Positions 12,061 to 25,959 of a stretch of 64,000 bases of DNA are shown here, one piece after another (position 1 is the stretch's first letter; each line of letters opens with the position of its first letter). The position numbers and the translations under genes are program-made. Below the pieces are notes generated by a model that made no database searches, was not told the origin of the DNA, and worked only from the letters and a program-made list of their open reading frames with translations. Origin of the DNA: Phoronis australis (taxonomy: Eukaryota; Animalia; Phoronida); the NCBI GenBank assembly GCA_002633005.1, contig NMRA01000019.1, positions 646,343 to 710,342 on the forward strand. Direction: 5' to 3'.

Positions 12061-15000
12061 ATGATTATTAGAGTTGTCTTTGGAGCCTTTTTCCTTCTCA
12101 GTATATCAACTGCTAACTGTCTGCAGTACAGAAACACCACCATCAAAGTGGCCCTTGAGTGTACTAGTGCTATAATGAACACAGTTAGACCAGAGTTCCT
12201 CAGCGTGGCCCTCGATTGTTCTCTCATCAGGGAGAAGTGGAAAAGATTTAACTTCAGGTAAGTTAAATCACTAACATTTAGGTGTCATCAGTGAAAACTA
12301 GCATCTGGTTAAGTGCAGTACCAGTCATGACTGTGGAACCCTCGATTTGAGGCTAAATGTTGACCCCATTCCCACGGCAGATAGGTTTAAAAACCCTTAA
12401 ATTCCCCTCACCATGCCACAGAATTCCCTCCAATGATAAAATTTCCCATATGTAGCGCGCACTTCCTGGCCACGTGCTTTTAACACTGGCCAAGCTGTTT
12501 ATTAGTCTTCTATTCGCGGTTTTCACGTGTAGGCCTACAAAGAAATTTGAATTCCTGTTGAAAGGGGGAAATATCTACAGAGCAATCCCGTAGACAAGTA
12601 CACTACTTCTGTTCTTAAAGGCCAGACCATTGGTCCTCGCAATATCAGCAGAACTTTTGTGTTCGTTTTGAGGCATGGCGGAAGTTTGCAGTGTATAGTC
12701 ATGGCTAAATACCGACATAACGGCGAGGCTCGTGGTCTACAAAATCTGCGCACAATGATTTTTTTCAGGACTGTCTGATATTATTGATAAATTGGTGACG
12801 TTACTGTAGAATTTTAGGACTGTAGGTAAGGCATTTTTCGTACGTACACGTTCATGGACTGGGCGCTTATTTTAGAAAAGTCTGAAAACGCATGGGGGGC
12901 GCTTATAGGGGCATGGGCGGTTATTACAGTGAATATGGTATACAAAATAGGAAGAAGGGCTATGTACAAAAAGTATACAAACATACATGACTTATCAAGC
13001 ATCAAAAGGCATTATTTGACAGCGTAGGCAAAATTGGCATTCACAAGGTTGGCGTATATGGCAACTTAACTCATTAATAAAGGTATTGAGATCTTGGCAA
13101 CATCTTATACATTCAGGTAACTTGTTCCATAAAGATACCCCCTGGTGGTGAATAGAATTAAGCCCATAGGATGTAGTATTTTTCCCCTGTACCTCATAGG
13201 GCAGATGTTTGAGAGCGAAACACTGGAGAGGGCAAGGGCCTATCTGATTCATATGCTTGAAAACAACCACCCCAAGACATTGTAGCCTTTGAACAAACAA
13301 CGGAGTGGAGTTTGATTTAGGCAGTAATATGGAATACGACAACTTGTGGTCATTGAAAACGAATTTTAAAGCCCAACATTGAATCTTATGACGGAATAAA
13401 TGCATAATAAATTTTCAACTTAGTGTCTGTGTCCAATAAGTGACGCACAAGGAAAAGGTAGACACATGTTTTGATGCTTTGGCACAGAGGTTGTCCACAT
13501 GTTCATGAAACTTTAACAGTCACTGTGCACACCCAAACAGTTTAACAGAACTCTCACACTTAATAATATTTGTACCAACATAAGAAATTTTTTGGAATCC
13601 CTGTGTGTGTCTCTACTAAACGTGGAACATGAATCAGATTTGCGCTTGTGGATAATTTGCATGCAAATTCCTTTACCATGAGCAGATTAAATTTTTGATC
13701 TTGTAGCTCTCCACGTATGCAGACCCTGGCCAAAGCACTTTCGCCTGCCGTCTTGCGACTGGGTGGTACTGATTGTGACTTCCTGGTATTTCAGCCAGAT
13801 TTTTACTCTAGGAAGAATCTCACTAATTTCACAATGACAGGTATGGTGAAAGATTTTCTGTCCGTTTACAGAAAATTTGAGGTTATGTAGTTGTTTTTGA
13901 CTATTGCTATTTCATATTCTTACGTAGTGTTCTCTGTTCCCTCTTAATTTTAGAGTTTGCCATTTTTGTCGCAGAAAAATTGTTTCAAATTTCTTTACTC
14001 TTTGATTTGTATTGCACTTAAAATGTATTGGTTTCGTTGAATTGTATTTAGTTATAATTGGGTCAATCAGTTGATTTTTCATAAAGTCTTTGAAAGTCTA
14101 ACCTTACCCGTGAGTGTTGACGCCCAGAGCATTTCAGTTAGGAACTAAAAATCAGGAGTGAATGTTATGCCGAGCAGATCAGCATTTAAAAGCAAAAAAT
14201 TTGAGAAGTCTGGGGTGGGCGTTTACCAGAGCGGTTGATTCCAGTAACTATCTAGGGAGGTACATTTATGTCACACTCTCGTCCAACAGTAGATGTGGAA
14301 TGAGACTACGGGTATTTCATGTTGCTGAACCTCAAGTGAGTATGGCGCATTTTGAGAGCTAATATTCATGTTCCCAATGATGTGGCCACCTTCAAGGAAA
14401 TCTTATTGTATAAAGTGGAATTCAATGTGCGTTAAGTCGATGATGGATGTTTGATAGTAAAATATTGGAAATTTTACTCAAACATGAGTGTCAACTCAGA
14501 TGAATATAGCAGATCATGGCTGACTGTGCAATATACTATATTCTATTCACTGTAGGAGACGACTGGATCTCGTTTAACAAGTTTAGTCAGAGAATGGGCT
14601 TCAAGCTTCTCTTCGATGTCAATGTATTACTACGCAACAGTAAGAAAGCCTGGGACTACTCAAATGCTAAAGAACTACTGGACTTCAACAGCAAACTGGG
14701 CTTTCCTGTAGACTTTGAACTGGGCAATGGTAACAAGAGACAAGCCTTTAAATGCAGATCTTGATTAGTTTTGTCACTACTACCTTGATTGTCTGAGTTT
14801 TCATTGGTTTTAGGTTTTCGCTGTTTGTACACAATGATATAAAGTGGAAAGATTGTGAGTGCATTTGGAGGCCCATAAAATATGCAACTTTAAGATAAAA
14901 CATGTTTGATCCTGTTAAAACCTCACAAATATGTTCTTGAGCTCTTCCTGGACATGGCACAATCATAAAACTATACAGTATGATAGTTCACTTATTTCTC

Positions 15001-18000
15001 AGATTGAGCTAGATGTGAAATCAAAGTGAACTAAGCAAAGGTTGCCATTGAACTTCATCTATGTCCCACCATAATGGTCACTCTAATTGTGGGCCTAAGA
15101 TGTTCACACACAATAGACTGCTTATGTGGCCAGACAGGCAGTGGAAGCCTGGAAATTCATGGTAAAGGTTGTCGAGAAGATTGGAGATTGCAGCCTATTA
15201 AATGCCTTCTATTCCTCTTATTCTCTGTTGGTTTTCGTCATGAATGTATTTGGAATGTTTAGGTATTAAGTGAAAGGAAAGTTTTATGTTAAGTATTTCT
15301 TAAGACTCCAATTAACAATGTGTTACGTTATGTACCTCCTTTACACCACTGGTCTCGTTAATTCCAGAGCCAAATTTATTCAACCATGTATCACCGTTGT
15401 CTATTTCCCCCGAGATGCTTGGCCGTGACTACAAAACATTTAGGACCCTGTTGAAGTCTTACCCTCTCTACAGTAACAGTAAAGTAGTGGGACCTGCTAC
15501 CACACGCCCACCTGTGCACGAGTTAGGAATTGATCCAGTGCAATACCTCAACAGGTAAGTGACATGAACTTAAGGAGGGGGCTTTTTGAGACAACCACTG
15601 TGATAATGTTGGCGGATTGACTTTCACCTCTGAAAACGATAATTGGTATACGTGACAATGTGGTAGAGTTAAGAATCGCCATATGCTCATTTTTCCTCAG
15701 GGCCACTTCTTTGGCTAGCTGCCCGTGGTCGACTTTGCGCATCTCGGTCCCATTTGATAAATGGGAAATTTAACCTAGGTATTGAGGATATCTTTATTTT
15801 GTTGGAAATCAAATGAGCGACATCAAGAAATAGTAACTGTGTACTGGGTTTAATTTAGGTTTTATAAAATGGAATTATTAGTTTCATTAATTAATATCAA
15901 TTTCAATTATTTTGGATAAATGTCTCATTTTTGCAGAATTGCGGCCTAATGCAGAGTTCATTGAAAGCGATACGACAATGGTTACAGGACAAAATCTTCC
16001 TGCATTTTTCGTATTGTTTACACTGCTGCGATCAGCACACAAGGAGTATTTTTAGACAATACAATAAATGGAAGAAGAAGTTGTCCAGTAATCATTGTCA
16101 TATCATTTTCAACAAACTCTGCACCAGAGAGGCACTGCTGCTGAGTTGTACTACATTTGCCTAATGATGTGACTTTGATGGTTAAGGTATAATGAGCTAA
16201 CGATAAATTTAAAGTTTCCTAAATTCTAGCAATATCTACTGTAGTTGTGCTATTTGAGAAGTCTACTACACTCTTAAGGGAAGTCCTATCTTATATGTGC
16301 TACACATTGAAAATACACGTCGTCGTTAGTTGCTTGCATGTTACAACCTAAGGGTTGGGAAAAAGCTCACTCCAGCTGAAAAACCTCATTCTGAACTGAC
16401 ATGATGAGTTAAAGGAACTCACTGGTTTTGCTACCGAACATGTTTTCTGAAAACTTGTTCCTGCATGAAGCTGTTTTTTTTTTAATTTTTGTGCTCCTAA
16501 TCTACTCATGTCAATGCAGCTCTCCCTGGTGGTTATTTATGGAAGCAGCATCATTGCTATTACAACTGTTATGATTGTTAGAATGTGTTACTTTTCATGT
16601 TTACAGTTTTCTCCAGGAAGCAGCTGATACAGTTGATGCAGTCACTTGGCACCAGTAAGAAATTTTACTTTTTAAACTTGCCACACATGATGGGCTTATT
16701 ACAGTCGCTCATTGTATTGCAATTTTACCAAAAGGGGGCATTGTAATAACCGGAGCACACATTGCGGTTCATTATGATTTCAATCCTGTGCTAAATCGGG
16801 TTATTGTAACAAATTGGGGTTCAGTATAATGATCCAAGTTGGATCTGGGACTACCTCCAGGATTTGGCATTACTTTTAAGAGTTAGCACTTTCCGAATAA
16901 CTCTTCATTTTCATTTTGTCACCATCCTTGCCATTTGGAAATCAGCCTGGCAGATATTTCAATCGGAATTTGGTTGGCCGGTGCTCTTCTATTGAACAGA
17001 TTTGTTGGAACACTTTCTGTTGACTATGACATGAAACACATTGCTTATTCAAGTGTGTAATTTACTCAATAGTAAAAAGGACTATCAGTACGCGGTAGCA
17101 AATTTTGTCCTTTTGTCCATAATTTCAGGAGTCTCCGTACGGTCAAAATTTATTCTAGCGGATGTTTCCATTTATGTATAAATAGCACTATCAGTTGAAG
17201 ACATTGAAAAACTTATGCTCAGTCTTATTTCCTAGGTATTATCTCAATGGTAGAATTGCAACTGCTGAGAATTTCACCAGCGTCAAGGTGCTGGACCTAC
17301 TTCCGAAACAAATAATCTTTGTTCAAGAAGTGGTTAACAGACAGAAACCAGGGGCTGAAATATGGCTGGGTGAGACCAGCTCTGCTTTTGGGGGTGGAGC
17401 TAAAGGCCTGTCAGACAAGTACATTGCTGGATTTTTGTGAGTACTGTGTGTGGGAGGTGCTGTTGGAGCAAATTAAAACTTGGAGGTGGAATAAACGTAA
17501 ATGAGGGCCCGGTCTCCAATCTCCGTACTCATACTCATACTCATACTCGAGATTTCATACTCAAAACCATGCTCACTGGAGTCGTACTCAAAAAAGCATA
17601 TCTAATGTGGCATTTCGAGTAGACTCCAAACGTACTCAAATCTGACACTCATACTCGAGTTGTTATGGAACTGTTTATGATGTGAAATGCAAAACCACGC
17701 AAAGTCTCGCTGATTCATCGCTCCGTAATGGCATAGTCCACCCCAGCAACTACATTATCTTCTGCTGTCGCTGCAACTACAAGAGTAGGCCTATAATGTG
17801 GAATTCTGAGTGTTAGGTAACTGTTATTCATTTTTTCAGTTTAATGCAATATTTTTATACCATTTCTTTGATACATTTGACAATTATTAAGCTTTACTTC
17901 TTGAGTTCCTCATCTCCCGAAAATATCTTAAGAAATTTGTAACAGCTTATCACATCAAAGAACCCCTGTTCTCTCTTGCTAATTTAGTATTGACATAGAA

Positions 18001-21000
18001 CCCATTACTGTATAATCCTACGCTGATGTCAAAACTTTGATATTGTACCTTTGTATTTTACCGGGATGTATCAAGTTTGTTGACGTTTGGCGCGTGAGTT
18101 AAAAACAATACATGTGCAGGCATTCAGAGTTCACCATTGAACTGGACAAGACGTCTACTTAGAAATCAGCTAACAAAATCTGGAATACCATTCAGGGATT
18201 GAGTAATTATAGATGAGTAAACTATGACGTGAAATGTACCTGACAGGGAAGCAAACTGTTTTTAACTTTCCCCTCCTCCTTGTCTTTTGGAAACACTACA
18301 AACCGTAGTCACACCTACTGAAATAAGGGCGGCACAAATTTCTCACACGACTTTTCCCACAACTGCTTTCAACACTTGTAATGACTCGCCGACAAGGGAT
18401 TAGAATGCGCCTGTTGTCAGAAGTTTATGAATTGGCGGTGATGACATGCAGTGATACGGCGGGTTAATAAGGTGAAGAATAAGTAGTTTTAAAATGAAAA
18501 TTATTATCTCTGAACTGAAATTGAAGCGTTGAAATATGGTAAGAGGACTTAATTTCTTTAGATTAGCTGTGTCTGTCGGTAGCCTTTCGATATTTTGTTC
18601 TCTCGCTTGTATTTATTTTCAAGTACGATTTCAAGAACACTGCCAGACCAAACTTGAAATTTGGAGCATATACTCTTTAATTTTACTCAAAATCTTACTC
18701 GAAATATAGATGAGATACACTTCAGTTCGAGTATACTCGAAAATTGAGTACATGCTTGAAATTTCGAGAACAGATTTTTCGAGTATGACATTGAATACAC
18801 CAAAGCTGAGTCTGTACTCGAGTTGAGTATGAAGTGTGAGTTTGAGCATGATTCGAGTCTGAGTACTGGGATTGGAGACCGGGCCCAGGAGTCTGTTTTT
18901 GTCTTCATTCGGCTTTAATCTCTTTGAATTATCCATGTTGTAAATTAACTTTTGCTTGCAGACTTCTAAAAGTGTTACATATAGTGTTCTGAGCCCAGCA
19001 GAACCAGCTCCGTGAATGGTGTAAATCGCTGTAGACAAACCCAGGAGTATCTGTCGGATCGGTATCAAAATACTGTTGTCGAAATTATGTTGGTTGTCAT
19101 TTACGTGTCAGAAAATCTTGACTCTTGGATCTTTTTTCACGTTGAATAAATATGCTTTGTCACTTAGGTGGCTGGACAAGTTAGGAGTTGCCGCACAGCA
19201 GGGTCTGGATTTAGTAATACGTCAATCACTTTATGGAGGCAACTATGCCCTGATTGACTCCAACATCAATCCTAAACCTGTAAGTACTATAAGTTGAATA
19301 CATTAATAACTTATGTGTGTGTTTTTGAAAGAAATACTGGTAAAGCATGCAGTTCTAATTGTCAAAAAGTGTGATTGTGTACAATGTAAACTGTTATTAC
19401 TGAGTTTGTCAAGGTTGGCATCCTGGATGTTTAAACTACTCAATTCTTGATATAACTTTAATAAGGAAATGAATTAGAATGCATGTCTTTGTATTGCTAC
19501 TGTCTTATAGTTTTGAGCACAATCTGGCAGACTTAGAATTGACATCTTAATTAAAGTCAGTTCGTTTTTGTAAGTATTCAGAAATATTTCAAATATGTTT
19601 CAGTATTAAATTGGCATGGTAAAGTTACCATTATGATTTTCAAATATTGGTACCCAACTCTAGATGTAAATTTTTCAAGCCTAGGAATCAAAAATTTTAT
19701 CTGTATGGAATGTGAGTGAACTTACAGCCAAACACGGGAGTTAAAAAGGGGTAGGCATTCAGACTAACATGGCAAAATTACATTTTATTTAACAACCACA
19801 TTTATGGCCATTTTCTGAGGCGGTTACCATTGAAATAACCCGTGTTGATGGATGGGGAGTTTCTTGGTTATGTTTGGTGGATACCCAACTCTCTGGGTCC
19901 CCTAAATCTACCTATGACTCATTTGTGGCCGTATAAAGCGAAGTTTTGTACTAACAATGTATCAAATGTTTCCCTTGTTTAGGATTACTGGCTGTCGCTG
20001 ATTTACAAACGCTTAGTGGGACAACAGATGTTAGTACTGTCCCAGACATCTACATCTCAGAATATCCGCTTCTATGCTCATTGTATGCCCAGGTTGGTGA
20101 TGTACCTTAGTTATGTTCAATGTATGCGCAGGTTGGTGATGTGCCTTAGCAATGCTTAATGTATGCACAGGTTGGTGATGTGCATTTAGTTATGCTTAAT
20201 GTATGCACAGGTTGGTGATGTGCATTTAGTTATGCTTAATGTATGCACAGGTTGGTGTAGTATTATGTTAAAGGTTGCCTTGTTGTAGGTTGTAGTTGTT
20301 GATGTGGTCAACTTTTATGAAGCATTAGTGACTGTTCATGGAGTTTTCTTCAGCGGCTAGGGGGCAGTAGGGTTCATTGATGTCATGTTTTTTATTGTGA
20401 CAAGAATCAGTTGTAAATTTGTCAGTTCTAACAACATGCAATGCTTCACCCTTTAAGTGATTTTATCTTACATTTTGCTTATTTGTTTCCTATTAGTCAC
20501 TTAGGTGGTGTAGTCCTGTATGGCCTAAATCTGGACAAGAATTCACCAGCATCAATCACACTCACTGGGCTGATATCTGGCAATGATGTCTACGAGTATT
20601 TGCTTGAACCTACAGATGGTAGTCTCACATCTGAGTAAGTAGATACTTGATTTAGTTTTCAGTGCATGATGGAAGATCAGAAATTGTACTGAAAGTATGA
20701 ATTAGTGTACATCGAGCTGTCCCAACAGGAAGTGGTCATGTTTTCAATAAAGTTTGGCCTAATGAGGAGAATTCAACTGAATGAAGTTGATTCTTGAAAA
20801 GATCTGACGACCGTAGATTGTGCACCTCTTATTTCTGTACCTTCGATGCAACATTCTGCTTTCTTGTGTTTGCCAGTGCCAAACTTCCACTGTTGTGTAG
20901 ACTGACATTTAAAAAATACACAAAAAATGTCCAACATCTCAAAATGTACTTGAGTCAGAAATCGGGTTTCCTCCCTGTTGACTAAAAGCGTATGAGTTAC

Positions 21001-21916
21001 CTATTCGTGATTTGATCTTAAATTTGTGTTGCTTCTGAAGAGAGTACCTCGTATGTCATCTGAACGGACTCCCACATGGCCTTAGATTACAAAGTGATAG
21101 AATTCTCTTTAGTTGCGGAGGTAAGAAAGCACGGCGTTTTCATTGGTCTTGTTTTTTAATGTCAGGCAAACCATTTAGGTGTATGGCCATTGAAATATTC
21201 CTGATTTCAACAGTTTAAAAGTAGTATTGGCATTGAAAAGTATGTTCAAGCAAGGGGAGTATATTTGGTTCAAAATGATCCCAATGAATTTGCTTTGTCC
21301 ACTCGCCCATCATTTTTTGTTTCTGAGTGATGTTGGGATGGCGAAGAACTTAATGTAAATCATCCATGGATCTGTCGTGTTTATCCAACTAATTCTCCTA
21401 TCAGAGATGCATGCCACTGAGCAGTAATACTTTGTTGGCATTGGGTGGATGAATAGAGTAATGCAGCCGAGAAAATTGTAAATAAGACAACAACAACAAA
21501 AACAACAAAGAGCATGTGAAATTCCAATGGTGCAAAAACAAGGCTTCAAAAGTGCTTGCCAGATATTGCAGCATTGTGGGTAAACACAGTAAGATTTGAG
21601 TGTCGCTGTGTAATCCAGGATGGCTCTACTGCAATTGTTTTCAGTAATTGGACTACAGTGTCACAACTTCCTAGTTATTTTATTTTCTCATAACTTTTGT
21701 CACTGGTAAAGAAAGCATATTTCTAAGTTATTATTCATGTTCTTTTCCTTTTTCAGCCATGTGTCACTGAATGGTAATATGTTAGTGATGAAGGACGACC
21801 ACACTTTACCAGACATTATTGGTCGACCTGTCAGTGGTACAATTACCTTGCCACCTTCAACATTTGCGTTCTACACTGTGCCGGATGCCAGACTGAGGAC
21901 GTGTGGTCCTACTTAA
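12061..21916 (+). CDS. HPSE: Heparanase-like glucuronidase (GH79), copy 1, 10 coding exons, 486 aa
   Basis: Exons 12061-12257, 13707-13840, 14556-14729, 15368-15554, 16607-16654, 17236-17436, 19168-19279, 19983-20092, 20497-20634, 21757-21916. All GT-AG, phases consistent, 1461 nt. Signal peptide; [10 protein letters not shown]; FELGNEPN (acid/base Glu); VTWHQYY; [12 protein letters not shown] (nucleophile Glu); WLDKLG; PDYWLS. Confidence 0.95.
12800..12940. mobile_element. Terminal fragment of a Tc1/mariner-pogo-like non-autonomous element
   Basis: gggcgcttat repeats ending gggcggttattacagtgaatatggta, similar in style to the ends of the element at 57668-59395. Confidence 0.4.
12960..13600 (-). 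mobile_element. CR1/L2-group LINE, 3' fragment of ORF2, in intron 1 of heparanase copy 1
   Basis: [16 protein letters not shown], then [13 protein letters not shown]...[22 protein letters not shown]...CECQFC, the typical C-terminus of CR1/L2 ORF2. Degenerate. Confidence 0.8.
17506..18885. mobile_element. ~1.38-kb non-autonomous DNA transposon (PIF/Harbinger-like) in intron 6 of copy 1
   Basis: TIRs GGCCCGGTCTCCAATC... / ...GATTGGAGACCGGGCC with subterminal (A)TACTC repeats. Flanks gag/cag, where copy 2 has a single cag (aaatcaggtgtctg), consistent with a 3-bp TSD. Confidence 0.8.
20073..20260 (+). repeat. 39-40-bp minisatellite x5 overlapping the exon 8 donor of copy 1
   Basis: Unit tatgcttaatgtatgcacaggttggtgatgtgcatttagt. 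The first unit includes the coding end and the true donor. Confidence 0.9.
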
Positions 21917-24900
21917 TGTTACTTACCTTGGAGGGCTCATCTAGCGTTTGAAAAAAGACACCTCGTTGAAGTTGTTGACCTCTGTTGAAGTTACAACAAA
22001 AACCAAGAAGGAAAACGGATTGAAGTTCTTAATTTGATGATTCTTGAAAGCAGGCCGTAGTGATGGAACTGGGCCATCATTCCCTTGGTTTGCCACGCAA
22101 CCTTCTGTTTAAAGGTGAATTTGCTGGTTATAACTATGCTAAGGTATAGCAGAAACAACCCTTAATGCAATCCATGGCTAATTAATCTGAATTATGAAAT
22201 TTTTATTCGTGGATAATTTATAAATTTATATGTGGAATCAAGAATCCTGCGATTGGGTGATTGTTGCACTAATAATGTACATTGTGGGCACATGTAGCCC
22301 GCATAATGCTGGGGCCCCAGGGTGCACCACGTTGCATTACTTACTAACACAGCTCGGTAATTTGCAGTCATAATTTTTGCGATAAAATTCACCATTCTAT
22401 GCACCACTTTATATTTATCATAGCAATATGTGGCAATAATAAAGTTATAAGTGATTAGCATGCAAATTTTGCTTTAAATTTAACAGCATAATATATCAGC
22501 TATAAATTCAAGTTCCCAAAAACAATTGCTGATAACTATACAAGTGATTTTCAAAAAATTTTGAGGGAATCTCTTGCCAAAATTCCCTAGTAAAATTGAA
22601 ATTGGTTAATTGTTTTTGTGTTACATAAATTCATGCAGGATTTTTGCCACAACTTAACAAAAATGGATAAATTCTGATAAAAAATGCTGTTGATGGCGTC
22701 TCCTCACTTGACAGTTTTGTTTACACAACAGAGGTCATTATTAATATTCCGAGAATGTTTGGAGTGCTTGCTGTGAACAAAAAAAGCTATTTGTGGTACT
22801 TTGATAGGTGAAAACATGGAAAATAAAAATAAAGTCGCTGGATACTTGACTCATTAACATAAAAGAATTTCCGGAGTCTTTGTTCCTAAATCAAACTACT
22901 TTGTACAAAATTTTGTCTTTTTTCTGCTGGTAATCAGATAGAACCAAAACTGATTGATGTGAATGAAAAGTTTATCATTTGTAATTCGTGCTAAGTAGTA
23001 AGCATAGTTGTGTTTTATAGTGACTTCAGAGGACAAATATGGTGGATTTTGTGACCAATTGGTTGAAAGCTGTAAGAAAGTTTACTCATTAATGGTCATC
23101 AGATGTCTGTGTTGTCGTATGAAATTAGGCAACAGAGGTCTCTTGATAAGTCCCTTGAAATTTCAATAATAAGCTTTGTGTTGATGGTTGTTTCAAGATA
23201 TTTTGTTACAGGTGTGTTTGTTTTATGACTTGAGGTCATCGTTATTTTGTCTGACTTGATATTGTTATATTGGAATATTTTATTGTTATATGAGAATATT
23301 TTAACGATGAAATTTTGTAAAACAGTAGAAAACTAGTTTTGTGCTTGTCTTAGTTTATAGGCTGTTGTCTTTATGGTGCTTATTGTTATTTACTGATCCA
23401 GTTGGCTTCTGAACAAAACAGGTGATTTTAACTTTATGCACAGTTCAAATTTATCACTAACATGCGCCAATATACATGTATAAGGATTGGTGGTTTAGCT
23501 AAACCGATAAACGCCATTTTGAGGTTTGGGTATGAGGGTGAATCATATGCAGTACAGCACTGAAAAAAGTGGGGCTATAGCCCCCCAGCCCCCTATTGTG
23601 CCCCGTCCGTGCTGTGCTGTGCGCATCCTCATCCCCAAGTCTCAAGATGGCGCCTATCGGTTTTCTGAGGTACACTCTTTTACTGTGCTACAAAAGGTTG
23701 CACTGTGGAATGTTGTGTAACATGGCTTCTCATTGGTTAAAGTAATGAAACCGATGTCATAATATTCAGTCATTCCCATTGGTCCAAATTTGGGAAACCC
23801 CTTTCAGTTTGCTGTTTCTTAGTAGGGCGACCACCTTTGACTTTTGCAATTTACTCATTAAAACGGGCAGTGATGGAAGTAAACAAATCGATGAAACCTC
23901 GATCCAGTGGCTTAAGCTCAAACAAGTACAATGCATAGAAGGCGTGTGTATAGCTCATTGGGCGTGTACAAGTGGTCGTGACGTGATCTGTAAACTTCGG
24001 ACCACGCATGGTCATTGATGCCCACACCCGGAATTCCATGTGTCGTTCATCATGTTTCCACGGGGCCATTTTTCAGTATAGGTGGCACTGTCAGAGAGTA
24101 CATTTCTGAGGTGGCTAAACGATCAGCACCACCTTGAGGCTTGGGGACGAGGCGGTTATATTTACTTGCGCATTACGTTGATGACGTAAGCAAATCTGGG
24201 TAAATCCGTGTTCTGCGTAAGGCCCCGCGTTTGTGGATTCTTAAAACGCGCAACCATTTAGGAATCTCCGATTTACGTGTTGCTGTAATTGAACAGGGAA
24301 TGCCTCGTATGACTATAATTCTATCATGATAAACCAAAACTATGCGTTTTCTATTAACAGATTTTGGTGGTAATTCAGTGATAATTTCGTAATGCCCCGG
24401 GTGATCGCTAATCACATACTATACATTATTTATGCCAGTAAAAATTGTCGAAAGCACATTCTTCTTTTATTCAAAACTTGCTGTGGCACCTAGGGTGATA
24501 TAAGAATTCTATGTCGTTCACATTGCCCAGCGAGCACCGGGGAATTGGAGGAGGGTAAATTTCTTAGTTTGATTAGTGGGAGACTAATATTCTAATTAAG
24601 TAACTGTCGTGTCCGACGTCAGTGCTTTGCCTTTGTTGAATGTCAGTTAAAGACTGATTTTCCACATAAATACTTATCTGAACGGTTTAAGTGAAATACA
24701 CACCAAGCGTTTTTAGGTTAAAACTTTGGTCAAATAAGGCACTGTCACCGGCTGCAAGCTCAGTCCGCTATTTTTGTAAATGCACACAAACAGTTGGGGT
24801 TTACAGGTTCTTCATGCCATGCCGAGGGATTAATTATCATGGCTGGTTTGGCAACTGGCCTACTCTTTAAACGATATCAACTCCAAACGTGAATCTCAAG

Positions 24901-25020
24901 TTCAGGGAAGATATTTATTGCGATTAGTCGGCAGAACCTCGGTCTACTGTCAGATGGGGTGGAACTGTTTCTGCCGCAGTACAATAAAATGTGAGACTGA
25001 GTGCTGGATCGAACAAGTAC

Positions 25021-25623
25021 TACATGTAGGCCTACGCCGAAACGAATTCTGATTTTTGGAAGCAGCCACCACGTACTTTGATTTCCGTGACTATGATATG
25101 TTGTGAGAGCCGTCGACGAACTTGATTTGACTTCGCCTTTGGATCTGGTTGTCAAGCTTGATGTACGTGTTGGCGAAATGATGACCACCAGGTTACTGTG
25201 TAGGCAGCTCCAATCCCGTTTCCGGTCAAACGACGGTACTCTGTACGGTGATGGGAATCACTTGTCCACGATGGACGAACCACACCACGTTCTCATGCAA
25301 GCGTCTTATTCGATTGGCTTCNTACATGTAGGCCTACGCCGAAACGAATTCTGATTTTTGGAAGCAGCCACCACGTACTTTGATTTCCGTGACTATGATA
25401 TGTTGTGAGAGCCTTCGACGAACTTGATTTGACTTCGCCTTTGGATCTGGTTGTCAAGCTTGATGTACGTGTTGGCGAAATGATGACCACCAGGTTACTG
25501 TGTAGGCAGCTCCAATCCCGTTTCCGGTCAAACGACGGTACTCTGTACGGTGATGGGAATCACTTGTCCACGATGGACGAACCACACCACGTTCTCATGC
25601 AAGCGTCTTATTCGATTGGCTTC
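25021..25623 (+). other. Probable assembly artefact: 301-bp duplicated overlap around a single N
   Basis: 25021-25321 equals 25323-25623 apart from one mismatch, separated by n at 25322. Confidence 0.85.
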
Positions 25624-25959
25624 CGGTCTGAAAGAGGACTTTGGTGTTCGGTGGTTCGGGCTGGTGTGGTCTGTGTTCTACAAATCACCTGGACGGGTAC
25701 AACGACAAAGCCGATAACCTCAACCCCCGCCTCGACGGACAGTCTCTGGAAACCGACCCATCGTGAAATCCTGGATCGCGCACCAGTGCTTCAACGGCAA
25801 AAGAAAACCGATGCACCGAGAAATTGTTTTTTTTCACATTTATTCACACACACACACACACACACCTCACGCCTAATCCTCTTGACTACTAAGATAAACA
25901 GTTTTTACACCATCTTTTTGTACAAATTCCGAATTCAAATCCTTACGAGCTCTACTTTT

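Larger units (their letters stand above)
11140..23426 (+). repeat. Tandem segmental duplication, unit 1 (partner ~29005-40146)
   Basis: Homology starts at gagctatatgcaaggtatttgaaggctttggcttcagtaatactgttc (~11140 vs ~29005) and ends at ttactgatccagttggcttctgaacaaaacaggtgat (~23426 vs ~40146). Exons, introns and UTRs are alignable. Confidence 0.88.

Noticed and set aside
18631-19068. 145-aa minus-strand ORF
   Set aside because: Lies over the subterminal repeats of the Harbinger-like element; no transposase motifs.
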